A DNA stretch of 64,000 nt, taken from positions 69,601 through 133,600 of the forward strand of contig CAYYKD010000003.1 in the NCBI GenBank assembly GCA_964471825.1, read 5' to 3'. The stretch comes from an uncultured Spirochaetales bacterium (lineage in GTDB: Bacteria; Spirochaetota; GWE2-31-10; CAYYKD01). The translations under genes and the position numbers were made by a program. Numbering within the stretch: position 1 is the stretch's first letter; every line of letters starts with the position of its first letter. This document shows, one piece after another, positions 49,390 to 58,501 of the stretch. The notes beneath the pieces were generated by a model that had not been told where the DNA came from, searched no databases, and was given only the letters and a program-made list of their open reading frames with translations.

Positions 49390-51381
49390 ATGGGAAACAA
49401 AAAGCTAAGCCGCTCACTATTACAGTACGATGTTATTACTCTTATTATGATCTATATTATTGTATTTCTAATGTTTGAGGTCTTAATAAAGAATCTTCTT
49501 GTCAATTATAAAGTTGATAGTCTAAACGAGAATCTTGTGTCGCTACAATTGGACTTCTTTGACGCTGTAACCTCACTTGAGGAGAAGTCAATTCTAAGTT
49601 ATGACGAATATATTAGAAATATTATCGACTATTCTAAAAGGTCAACACTCAGCAGACTGAAATATGATAACAGTATTGTTGCAATAGTATTTCCTGATGA
49701 GTATGGGTTAACCACATTTGGCTCAAAGAATAAGTTTGATAGAGTGTTAAACAAAGACAGCTATGGGTTAATCCATCGAGTTCTGTTTAACGGTGATTCA
49801 AATTCCAAGTATTCTTCAAACAAGGGCTCAAAAAACATAAAAAAAAGAGACAAATATATAGAGTTAAATGCTGACAGCTCAGAATATATTGCTATAGCTC
49901 AGATCTCAACGAAGGGGATAAAGTCTGGTTTGGAGCGTAATTCAGATGAGGATATTTACCCGATATTTATTGTTGGTGATAAAAGAGGCGATTTCTTTTA
50001 TATAATTAATCTGGCAGAGATAATATTTATATTCTGGCTTACTGTAGTATTTTTAATATTAGGTACCTTTAAGTTTCTTGCAACCAAGCGATCAACAGTA
50101 CAGATCTACGAATTCAGTAATATGTTGAATGAAGAATCTGAAAATATAACTCAGAAAGGTATAGTTGGCGGTTCATTAAGAAAGATAGAAACAGAGTTTG
50201 TTGAGATAGAGAATCTTAATACAGCATCAGCATCCCTAAGCAATTCCCTTAAAGAGTTAAGAAGAATAGTACAGGGTACAACTACAGAGGAATTTTTTAT
50301 AGGAACAATAACAAATAATAAGAGTATTACTGAACAGCATGATGTTTTTGTTACAGTTATGTTTCTCGATATAAAGGGATTTACGGGTATATCAGAGAAG
50401 CACAAATCAAATGCAATGGTTATTGGTAATACAATTTTTAGTCATGTAGGTAAGATAATCAAGGAACATGGAGGACAGATAAGAAAGCTCCTGGGTGATG
50501 CCGCACTAATAACATTTAAAAATCCACCCGACACCGGTTCAAATTCTGCACTAAATGCGGTTTCTGCCGGCATAAGGATACTAAACGATGTCTCTACGAT
50601 ATGTGACAAGCTTAATGAGTTATTTAACCCTGAAAAATCATCTGATCTCATGATAGATTTCAATTTTAGAATTGGGCTTGATTCGGGTACAATTGGAGAG
50701 GGGCTATACGGTACAGAGGATAATTTTGAGTATGGTATAATCGGTGATGCAGTGAATACGGCATCTAGATTTGAGTCATTAAACAAGCAGTACAATACAA
50801 ATATTTTAGTATCTGATAATACCTATAATGAACTTATAAGTGTGATTGTTTCAATATATGGTATAAAAAATGAGGCAAAATCCATAGAGACGAAGATCGC
50901 GGACACTCTAAAAGTGCGGTGGTTCTGTGTTGATACGGCCAGACCAAAGGGTAAGATTAAGCCAAATAAGATATACACGCTTTCCTATTTACAAAAAGAC
51001 AACCTAAGGTTGCTCGGACAAGGAGAATGCTTTAACATTGAGATTTTTGGAGGTTTCTCAGAACTGCTTGAAAGATTTCATCAGAGCATTCAACTATGGA
51101 AAAAAACAGTTGAACCGGAAAGTGATGCTGCTCTAGTAAACGCTGCTCTAGTAAATGCAAAAAAAGAATGGTCAAATATTGCAAAACATTTTGCTCAATA
51201 CATGATAGACAAAAACTTTAAAGTAGCAGAGCCGTTTCTAAAACTTATATTAAACTATCAGGAGTTCAATCGACTTCAAGCAGACTATGAAGGTTGGAAA
51301 GATAGGGAGATATATGACCTAAAAATTCCATCGTCTGATTGGATTAGCAACCCCTACGGATGCAGGGAGTTGGATAAATGA
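49390..51381 (+). CDS. Membrane-anchored class III adenylate/guanylate cyclase with periplasmic sensor region and ~190-aa C-terminal extension
   Basis: Two TM segments flank a ~170-aa extracytoplasmic region. Cyclase motif VFVTVMFLDIKGFTGISE...LGDAALITF...IGDAVNTASR. Confidence 0.75.
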   Translation: MGNKKLSRSLLQYDVITLIMIYIIVFLMFEVLIKNLLVNYKVDSLNENLVSLQLDFFDAVTSLEEKSILSYDEYIRNIIDYSKRSTLSRLKYDNSIVAIVFPDEYGLTTFGSKNKFDRVLNKDSYGLIHRVLFNGDSNSKYSSNKGSKNIKKRDKYIELNADSSEYIAIAQISTKGIKSGLERNSDEDIYPIFIVGDKRGDFFYIINLAEIIFIFWLTVVFLILGTFKFLATKRSTVQIYEFSNMLNEESENITQKGIVGGSLRKIETEFVEIENLNTASASLSNSLKELRRIVQGTTTEEFFIGTITNNKSITEQHDVFVTVMFLDIKGFTGISEKHKSNAMVIGNTIFSHVGKIIKEHGGQIRKLLGDAALITFKNPPDTGSNSALNAVSAGIRILNDVSTICDKLNELFNPEKSSDLMIDFNFRIGLDSGTIGEGLYGTEDNFEYGIIGDAVNTASRFESLNKQYNTNILVSDNTYNELISVIVSIYGIKNEAKSIETKIADTLKVRWFCVDTARPKGKIKPNKIYTLSYLQKDNLRLLGQGECFNIEIFGGFSELLERFHQSIQLWKKTVEPESDAALVNAALVNAKKEWSNIAKHFAQYMIDKNFKVAEPFLKLILNYQEFNRLQADYEGWKDREIYDLKIPSSDWISNPYGCRELDK

Positions 51382-52907
51382 TAAAAAAAATAATAAGTAA
51401 ATTTAAAAAGCTATCAACGATTCGGTTTGTAAAAGAGTCTCTCTATGGAATTGGAACAGTAGTTTTAATTGTCGCAATAATAGCCTCAATAACAGCATTA
51501 AAAGATAAAAAAAGTCTTATTGTGTTTGAGGATGAACAAAATATTCTGTCATTTTTGAATGATACAGAACGAAAACTTCTAATTGAAGAAAAATCAAAAC
51601 TCGAAAGTGAGTTAAAACTTTTGTATTCTCAAAGATTCAGCCATAGTTCGGCCCTGTCGCAGGAGGAGAAAAAAAGAATATCTGATAAAATTGCGGAAAT
51701 AGAAGAAAAAAAACGACAAAATGAAAGCAGCTATTCAAAAAACAAACAGGAGCTTGACACATTAAAGGCGAAAATGTCAAGTAGTGAAAACCTCCTCAAT
51801 GATATGCAGTTAATAATAAAAAAAACCTCGGATGAACTGGAAAAGGTAAAGAAAGAAAAAGATAATAGTGAGGTTTACTGGAAAAACTATAAGGATTTTT
51901 TAAAAAGCTCTGTAAAAAATGTAGCAGTCTCTACTAACAACGAGTCAAATCTAAATCGTGAGTTCGAAAACAGTGATGGAAAGTTCTTTATCGCCGGCCA
52001 ATTTCAAAAATTGCTTGATATTATCAAACAGTTGAATGAAGATAATAGTAAAAAATCGGCTAGAATTTTAGAACTCGAACAGAGTTTGATTGACGAGTCC
52101 GACTCTAATCGATTGAAGGAATCATCTGTTTCCTCAATAGTATCAATTGAATCACTTCAATCAATCAGAGCGGAAGAATATGAGCAAAATCAGAAGTCTA
52201 TTTCAAAACTTAATGCTGAGATTCTAGATAGAGATGCAGAGATTCTTCGTCTTAAAAATATTATTTTAAAAATAAATACAGAGAAGAGCAACCTTCAGAC
52301 AATACAGGAATCGCATGAAGAAGAGAAGCCCGTTATAGAGATAGATGACAAAGTATTAATACCCGAAAAAAACATTCAGAAAGATATGAATGAATTGGAT
52401 ATTGATTTCTGGAAAGAGAGGAAATACAGTTGGGTTTTTCCGTTGAAGGGCGGTTATGTCGATGATCCAGGTAATATTGAATCAAAATTCGGTTACGAAC
52501 GGCCGGACTCTAATGCATCAAATCCGGGTATATTTATCATTCCAAAGATTGCAAGCGGTGTAAAAGTGCTTTCAATGACTGACGGTGTTATTATAAACTA
52601 TTATTCCTATGTAGGCGGCACCTATGCAATGGAGATTAAGAACGACGATGGAACTATAGCCAGATATTGCTATATCAGCTCTTCGTTAAAGACCGGGACA
52701 AGAGTATCAAAAGCACAGGTTATTGGAATTGTTCTAAATGTAGGCAGTAGATATGGACTCCATATAGAGCTATACCAGGGCACTCTAGGGGGGGCTCTTT
52801 CAAATATAAATAATACTAAGTACAGGTTCGTGGAACCGAAAAACTATATGAGAAGAGGCGACCTTCAAGACCCCTCAGGTATAATGTATTTAAACATTAT
52901 CTATTGA
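51378..52907 (+). CDS. Membrane-anchored coiled-coil protein with C-terminal degenerate LytM/M23 domain (EnvC-like)
   Basis: N-terminal TM. ~300 aa of heptad-rich E/K sequence. C-terminal M23-like fold (GVKVLSMTDGVII...GLHIELYQG) lacking the HxxxD His and the first His of HxH. Start overlaps the cyclase stop (ATGA). Confidence 0.6.
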   Translation: MIKKIISKFKKLSTIRFVKESLYGIGTVVLIVAIIASITALKDKKSLIVFEDEQNILSFLNDTERKLLIEEKSKLESELKLLYSQRFSHSSALSQEEKKRISDKIAEIEEKKRQNESSYSKNKQELDTLKAKMSSSENLLNDMQLIIKKTSDELEKVKKEKDNSEVYWKNYKDFLKSSVKNVAVSTNNESNLNREFENSDGKFFIAGQFQKLLDIIKQLNEDNSKKSARILELEQSLIDESDSNRLKESSVSSIVSIESLQSIRAEEYEQNQKSISKLNAEILDRDAEILRLKNIILKINTEKSNLQTIQESHEEEKPVIEIDDKVLIPEKNIQKDMNELDIDFWKERKYSWVFPLKGGYVDDPGNIESKFGYERPDSNASNPGIFIIPKIASGVKVLSMTDGVIINYYSYVGGTYAMEIKNDDGTIARYCYISSSLKTGTRVSKAQVIGIVLNVGSRYGLHIELYQGTLGGALSNINNTKYRFVEPKNYMRRGDLQDPSGIMYLNIIY

Positions 52908-52964
52908 GCCTCTCGCAAAAATTCAAAATTTATTTTTGAAAGAGGCCTATTGACAGGATGTACT

Positions 52965-53225
52965 ATGCCATTTGTTTACATTGCAAGGTGTTCTGATGAT
53001 ACTCTATATACAGGGACAGCAGTTAATCTTGAGAAACGGATAATGACACACAATGCCGGAAAGGGTGCGAAATATACGAGAGGAAGGATACCTTTAACCG
53101 TTGTTTTTTCAGAGGAGTTTTCAACTCTGGGCGAGGCAATGAAAAGAGAGTCAATCATTAAAAAGATGAGCAGGAATGAAAAGATGCGAATGGCTGAAAT
53201 GCAGGGATCCGGCTTAATTATTTAA
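52965..53225 (+). CDS. GIY-YIG nuclease family protein (YhbQ-like)
   Basis: MPFVYIARCSDDTLYTGTAVNLEKRIMTHN matches the GIY-YIG N-terminus. The ORF track starts at TTG 52950, but the ATG at 52965 gives the canonical N-terminus. Confidence 0.7.
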   Translation: MPFVYIARCSDDTLYTGTAVNLEKRIMTHNAGKGAKYTRGRIPLTVVFSEEFSTLGEAMKRESIIKKMSRNEKMRMAEMQGSGLII

Positions 53226-54476
53226 TTTTTTTTTTGATGATGCGATCTGAGTCTCAATTATTTTCTTTATAGTGTCGGAAGATTCTCCTGTGTTTAACTT
53301 TTTGAAATAGTCCTCGTAGATCACAACTTTATTTCTACCCGATAGCTTTGCGTGATAGAGTGCCTTGTCAGCTCTGCTTAGTAAATCATTAGGGGTGATG
53401 TCCTCAGGATAGAACTCAGATATACCTACACTTATTGTTACTCTAATCTTATCACCGGCAGTATCCTTAATCTCATGGGATTCTATAGCTCTTCTGAGTC
53501 TCTCTGCAGGAATAACAGCATTGCGTGCATTAGTTTCCGGTAATAGAACAAGGAATTCTTCACCGCCATACCGTCCGACAGAGTCAACCTCCCTAAATAT
53601 CCTATGATTCTTTAGTATATCGCCAAATATTCTAAGAACATTATCGCCGACAAGGTGACCATGCAAGTCATTAATGTTCTTAAAAAAATCAATATCGATC
53701 ATTAACACAGAGAATACTCCGTAATGATCAAGAAAATTGCCAACGGATTGGTTATTCCCAAGTAATTCTGAGCATTTATCCGGGTTCTCTTCTTCGATTA
53801 CACTTTTAATACGCCAAAGATCACGCATTGTTCTCTTACTTTCATTCTCAAGTATCTCAACTATTGCTTTTCGATTTAGAATGTTGGTTAGGAAGTCTAT
53901 CTTGCTGATGTTAACGATGTTTTCATATAATTCCTGAATATTTTCTTTTTGCTGCTTAATCAACTCTGTATCAGCAATGTACTTAAATGATTCTACTATA
54001 TAGTTATTGATACGCCCCTCTGTTAGTATTTGACTATAGGCAGACACTAGAAATGAGGTTAGATTTATGATGTATGATATGTCACCTGGATTAGAGGGCA
54101 TAAAAAAAGTAAAATCCCTATCTGATATTATTTTATTAATTGATTGTTCAGACCCCTCTGTAGAGGTAAAGCAGTAAAGTATATGCGGTTTACTAATTTT
54201 ATGATGAGATATAAAATAACTGTGAATTTGATCCTTTCTAACGATGTTTATGAGTTCATGATTTATTGCTATTATTGTATTGCCGGAATATATACTGTCA
54301 TTAAGTTCATTTATAGTTCTTGATAACGATGAAAGATCAGTTAAAACAACTGATATCTCATTGCTATTTACTGCCTTAAAAAACTCACGGTAATTTTCAA
54401 ATAGATCGGTTAGAACGATTAAATATTTTTTCATAGAATAAAAAGTATAATATTTTAAGTATTTTGTAAATACCAT
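53214..54476 (-). CDS. GGDEF-domain diguanylate cyclase with N-terminal receiver-like/unknown domain
   Basis: Active-site GGEEF (RYGGEEFLVLLP) and upstream DxLT-like region. Converges on the GIY-YIG gene and overlaps it by 12 nt. Confidence 0.75.
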   Translation of the reverse strand: MVFTKYLKYYTFYSMKKYLIVLTDLFENYREFFKAVNSNEISVVLTDLSSLSRTINELNDSIYSGNTIIAINHELINIVRKDQIHSYFISHHKISKPHILYCFTSTEGSEQSINKIISDRDFTFFMPSNPGDISYIINLTSFLVSAYSQILTEGRINNYIVESFKYIADTELIKQQKENIQELYENIVNISKIDFLTNILNRKAIVEILENESKRTMRDLWRIKSVIEEENPDKCSELLGNNQSVGNFLDHYGVFSVLMIDIDFFKNINDLHGHLVGDNVLRIFGDILKNHRIFREVDSVGRYGGEEFLVLLPETNARNAVIPAERLRRAIESHEIKDTAGDKIRVTISVGISEFYPEDITPNDLLSRADKALYHAKLSGRNKVVIYEDYFKKLNTGESSDTIKKIIETQIASSKKKLNN

Positions 54477-54510
54477 AAATACAAATTCAAAAAAAAAGAT
54501 TAATAGATGT

Positions 54511-55326
54511 ATGAAAATATCAATAATATTATTACTTACAATTTATTTTTTTAGCTGTTCCGGTCAACACAAAACCCTGGACATAGATCCACCCTCTGTA
54601 GGTTTTGTATTTGCCTCAGGGTACAATTGGGTTATTTCATTTGACGAACCTGTATCGTCTCTCAAGATCGAGTCTGAAAAAGCAGATAAGGTACTTCAAA
54701 TTAACCCGCTCTATCCACAGGCTAATTTTAGTATAGACTCGAGATATTTTCTAAATCACTCTATACCCGTTATCAATGAGAGTGTAAAGCTAAGGTTGAC
54801 ATCAGAGGACACAAGTAGTAATAGTTTAACAGAAGAATTAGTTTTTCCGCCAATCAATCAAAATCCTGCAGATATAAAGATCGTAAAGATAAATACAGTG
54901 AAGAGTGCTAAAAAATCACAATCAATAGTATTAGAAAAAAAACATGGATCACCTGTTGGATTTAAACTGAATCTCTTAAATCATACTTCAAATTGCGGGA
55001 TAGAACTTGAAAGTTATTTAACTGTAAATAAATCCTATGAGTTTAAATCATCCTCAAACTATAATAATTCTGAGATACGACTTACAGCAACATATGGATT
55101 GATATTTATAACAGATAACAATAGTGTAATAACGGATTATTATCTTTACTACGATAGCACAAAGAATGAGATTTCAAAATTGATTATACGAAAAAGATTT
55201 AAGGATTTTATAAGAATCCTACTTGATGGTGGCGTAGAGGAGGAGGAAATTATTATTCATGATATAAATAAAAAAGCGCCCTCTAAAGGACGCCTATTGG
55301 GACAGAAGGGACTCGAACCCTCATAG
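54511..55326 (+). CDS. Hypothetical lipoprotein
   Basis: Signal peptide with lipobox FFSC. The 3' end overlaps tRNA-Leu (opposite strand) by ~29 nt, so the true stop/extent is uncertain. Confidence 0.4.
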   Translation: MKISIILLLTIYFFSCSGQHKTLDIDPPSVGFVFASGYNWVISFDEPVSSLKIESEKADKVLQINPLYPQANFSIDSRYFLNHSIPVINESVKLRLTSEDTSSNSLTEELVFPPINQNPADIKIVKINTVKSAKKSQSIVLEKKHGSPVGFKLNLLNHTSNCGIELESYLTVNKSYEFKSSSNYNNSEIRLTATYGLIFITDNNSVITDYYLYYDSTKNEISKLIIRKRFKDFIRILLDGGVEEEEIIIHDINKKAPSKGRLLGQKGLEPS

Positions 55327-55381
55327 CGTTTCCGCCACAAACACCTCAAGCTTGCGTGTCTACCAATTTCACCACCATCCC
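55298..55381 (-). tRNA. tRNA-Leu (anticodon GAG) with long variable arm
   Basis: Reverse complement folds as acceptor GGGATGG/CTGTCCC (two G·U pairs), D-arm, anticodon stem CAAGC/GTTTG with loop TTGAGGT, long variable arm, T-arm GAGGG-TTCGAGT-CCCTT, and discriminator A. Confidence 0.7.
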
Positions 55382-55508
55382 GTTAAACTAACATATATCA
55401 AAATGGAACCGTTTTGTCAATCTGAATTTCTATGAGATTTACTTAAGTTTTTGCAACTAATAAAACACTCTCATATACCTAGATTATATCTATGTTCATG
55501 TACAAATA

Positions 55509-57170
55509 TTAAACTATAAAGACACCCTGCCAGTCGGCTGGAGGCGGTTTTTTTAAAAACGCATCGCATCGTTGGATCATAACACTTGATGGGCCGTCAC
55601 CATTTAAGAGTGCAGAGGCAAACTCAAAGGAGGATCTGGCCTTGCCCCACTCTCTTCTCTGATATTTAGCAAAACCATCCTCATAGGTCTCGAGCATATC
55701 GAGAATTGCCTGGGAGACCTCGCCGTTTTTACCGACCAGTTCATATATCCTACCGCCTATAGTTTTACCTTTGACCTGAACTGTATCTATTAATCTGGTA
55801 ACAAATTTACTCCTGATGATAGAGTTAGTTGATTCACTGATGAGTATTCTGGTAGAATATATCTTGTTAAGTGACTCGAGCCTTGAAGACAGGTTCACAT
55901 TGTCTCCTAGTGTTGTATAGTTGAATCTTTCACTATAACCTATGTTACCAACAAAAACCTCACCGGTATTAATTCCAAATCGTGTAACAAATTCAGGATA
56001 ACCTTTTGGCATTATAAGTTTATTGAAATCCTCTTCAAAATGTTTGCAACTTAGAGCTGCATTTGCTGCAAGCTCAGCGTGGTTCTTCATTGTGATAGGA
56101 GCGTTCCAGAAAGCCATAACAGCATCACCGATATATTTGTCAACTGTTCCGTTATTGTCAATAATAGCTCTGGTAATACCCTCAAAATATCTTGACATTA
56201 CTGAGACAAGTTTTTCCGGCAATAGGCTCTCTGAAAGTGTTGTAAAATTTTGAATATCTGAAAACATAATTGTCAGCTCTTTCTTTTCTCCACCAAGGAT
56301 CGCCTCTTTATTATGATCAATCATACTTTTTACGATATCTGACGGGACATATTTAATAAATGATTTAAGACTGGTTTTCATATTTGACAATGCACTTTCT
56401 ACGCTCTCAATCTCTTTGAAAACAGATTTGTTATTTGAGCGATTTAACAATTTCAAGGACTTTATATTGTCAATATCAGCCTCAATGATCTTAAGTGGTG
56501 CGGATATACGAATTGAAAGATACATAGCCACAAGTATCGAAATTAATGAAACAAGACCTGAGATCAGAACAATGGAGAATAGTAGTCTGTTTTCGGTTGC
56601 AATAACATCGGAGGCGGAGATATCAGCTCCAACTACACCGGCAAACTCTCCCGAACTCGTAAATATTGGGGCATAACCTGATATCCAGGTTCCCCATTTA
56701 TCTGTTGAAAAACTATTCTCAATTATAACATTTTTTTTATTTTTAAAAACCTCTAAGAGTTCAGGTGTTGCATCACTATAGACATCTCCGGGGTGTGCAG
56801 CACTATCTATGTCGTTGTCAGAATCAAGAACAAAGTATATTTCATCTTTAAGATTGATATTCATTGTATAGAGGAATTTAATATCTCTTGTTTTCTCTTG
56901 GGCCTTGACTAAAATACTTCTCAACTTCTTATACTCGGATGAGGTCGTCCATGATGAATCTTTTATTCTACTATGCAGGTCACCGTCAATTAATAATGAT
57001 GCAGTGGCCACCGCATTGTATATCTGTTTTGCAAGTTCCTGCCTCAATGATTTTTTTACGCTTATATATGAGGAAGTGCTTAACGCAATAGAGGTTATTA
57101 ATATTAGTACAATAAAACATGACGAAATCCCTAAATTTATCGATAGAGTACCCAATTTCTTATTATTCAT
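55509..57170 (-). CDS. Membrane-anchored class III adenylate/guanylate cyclase with periplasmic Cache-like sensor, HAMP-like linker and conserved C-terminal tail
   Basis: TM, ~170-aa periplasmic domain, TM. Cyclase motifs LTIMFSDIQNFTTLSE...YIGDAVMAFW...LGDNVNLSSR. C-terminal ...PPADWQGVFIV. Confidence 0.8.
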   Translation of the reverse strand: MNNKKLGTLSINLGISSCFIVLILITSIALSTSSYISVKKSLRQELAKQIYNAVATASLLIDGDLHSRIKDSSWTTSSEYKKLRSILVKAQEKTRDIKFLYTMNINLKDEIYFVLDSDNDIDSAAHPGDVYSDATPELLEVFKNKKNVIIENSFSTDKWGTWISGYAPIFTSSGEFAGVVGADISASDVIATENRLLFSIVLISGLVSLISILVAMYLSIRISAPLKIIEADIDNIKSLKLLNRSNNKSVFKEIESVESALSNMKTSLKSFIKYVPSDIVKSMIDHNKEAILGGEKKELTIMFSDIQNFTTLSESLLPEKLVSVMSRYFEGITRAIIDNNGTVDKYIGDAVMAFWNAPITMKNHAELAANAALSCKHFEEDFNKLIMPKGYPEFVTRFGINTGEVFVGNIGYSERFNYTTLGDNVNLSSRLESLNKIYSTRILISESTNSIIRSKFVTRLIDTVQVKGKTIGGRIYELVGKNGEVSQAILDMLETYEDGFAKYQRREWGKARSSFEFASALLNGDGPSSVMIQRCDAFLKKPPPADWQGVFIV

Positions 57171-57201
57171 AATAAATCCTAGAATATAGCGAATATAGTC
57201 A

Positions 57202-57612
57202 TCAATCTATGTATTGAAGAATCTTGTCTTTGTAAATTTCCGCGAAAACTCTATCTGCATAGCAGAGATCAAGTTTTAGAAATTCTGAATAACTTACAAA
57301 TTTCCCCTCGGTATGATCAACCAGTTTGATAGAGTTAGTATCACATTCTACCAGAAAGAATATAACGCCCAGAACAAAGCTGTTCGAATCAACCTCTACA
57401 CTTCCGACCTCTTCGATGACAGTTACTGTTATACCCAGTTCCTCTCTGCACTCTCTAAGAAGTGCTTCATCATACTTTTCTCCGGGGTTCAATTTTCCAC
57501 CCGGAAGTTCCCACTTTTCTGCGTCTATAGATTTTTTATTTCTCTTTACAGTATATAATTTCCTATTTTTTACGATAAAAGCAGCCGAAACCTCAACCAA
57601 ATCAAAGTTCAT
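57202..57612 (-). CDS. NUDIX hydrolase (MutT-like)
   Basis: Nudix box GGKLNPGEKYDEALLRECREELGI. Confidence 0.75.
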   Translation of the reverse strand: MNFDLVEVSAAFIVKNRKLYTVKRNKKSIDAEKWELPGGKLNPGEKYDEALLRECREELGITVTVIEEVGSVEVDSNSFVLGVIFFLVECDTNSIKLVDHTEGKFVSYSEFLKLDLCYADRVFAEIYKDKILQYID

Positions 57613-57821
57613 TTAATACCTCGGTAAATTTATTAGAGATAGATTAGATATCTAATTGAATATAATTTTAATCTACAACATAGTTTGAAAAAAATCAACA
57701 TAAATAATAAGTCTGATAGAAATTCGGTTGTAGAAATAATTGCAAGTAAAATAGTTTATAATACACAGGCATCTGTATCGATCTGCTGTTTAACCTCTTC
57801 CTCCCTATCCATATCGGAAAA

Positions 57822-58085
57822 TTACTTTACGATCGGAACATCTTTCTCACTCAGCAAATAGTACTCATAATTCGGTATGTATTTTGCAGGAATGTTTTGT
57901 TCTATCAGATCCTTGATATTTGTAGGAATGTTCCAGTCATCGTTACCGTTGTAAAGAATTATCGGAAAAATATTTGGGAGCTGTCCCTTTTGAGAATTCC
58001 TGTATATCAAATCATAAAGACTCATAATATACAAAAATAGTCTAATAGGTATCGACTTGTCTGGTTTAGATTGAAATTCAAGCAA
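57822..58085 (-). pseudogene. Truncated Rpn-family (PD-(D/E)XK) transposase-like gene fragment, paralogous to the full gene at 9908-10795
   Basis: MLEFQSKPDKSIPIRLF...PIILYNGNDDWNIPTNIKDL parallels FILVEHKSYLPD...PIVFYHGTEKWDIPSEF of the full-length copy. An in-frame TGA lies immediately upstream with no ATG, and the fragment lacks the ~65-aa N-terminus and ~140-aa C-terminus. Confidence 0.55.
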
Positions 58086-58292
58086 AATGTATGTAATTAT
58101 TTCTTTATTATCAATATTTATTTTTCATAACAATGTAAGTATGATCGAATTTTATTTAAAAATCAACTCTTAATATCAAAACGGATTGTTGTATTCTACA
58201 AAACATTTATAAATTGTGAATGGGTATCAATTTTGCTGAGCTTTTTTGCTCTATCGGGAAAAATGCTTTATTTTTCTAAATAATGTTTCGAA

Positions 58293-58355
58293 GGACAACC
58301 TAAGGTCGTTGACAATGTCACATCACACATGACTAGACAGGCATAGGTTGTCCCC
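58293..58355. repeat. REP-like element, inverted pair (ggacaacctaagg ... gactagacaggcataggttgtcccc)
   Basis: The right arm is identical to the 49186-49210 copy except for one nt. The left arm is reverse-complementary over ~10 nt. Confidence 0.65.
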
Positions 58356-58387
58356 ATTGGCTTACGCCTTATGAATAAATTAATAAT

Positions 58388-58422
58388 CAAATCGTTGCAT
58401 AGACAGACTATGCAACGATTTG
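58388..58422. repeat. Perfect 15-bp inverted repeat (hairpin) caaatcgttgcatag-acaga-ctatgcaacgatttg
   Basis: Read directly. No adjacent T-tract. Confidence 0.7.
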
Positions 58423-58501
58423 ATAAATAGACTTCGCATAAATTCAAAATTTAATTTTGCAAGAGCCTCTAATAATAATGAATTATGCAATAAAGGGGCG
58501 A

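Noticed and set aside
52950-52955. Perfect TTGACA hexamer
   Set aside because: It coincides with the upstream extension of the GIY-YIG ORF, and the spacing to any -10 falls in coding sequence. It is probably chance, and the real start is likely ATG 52965.
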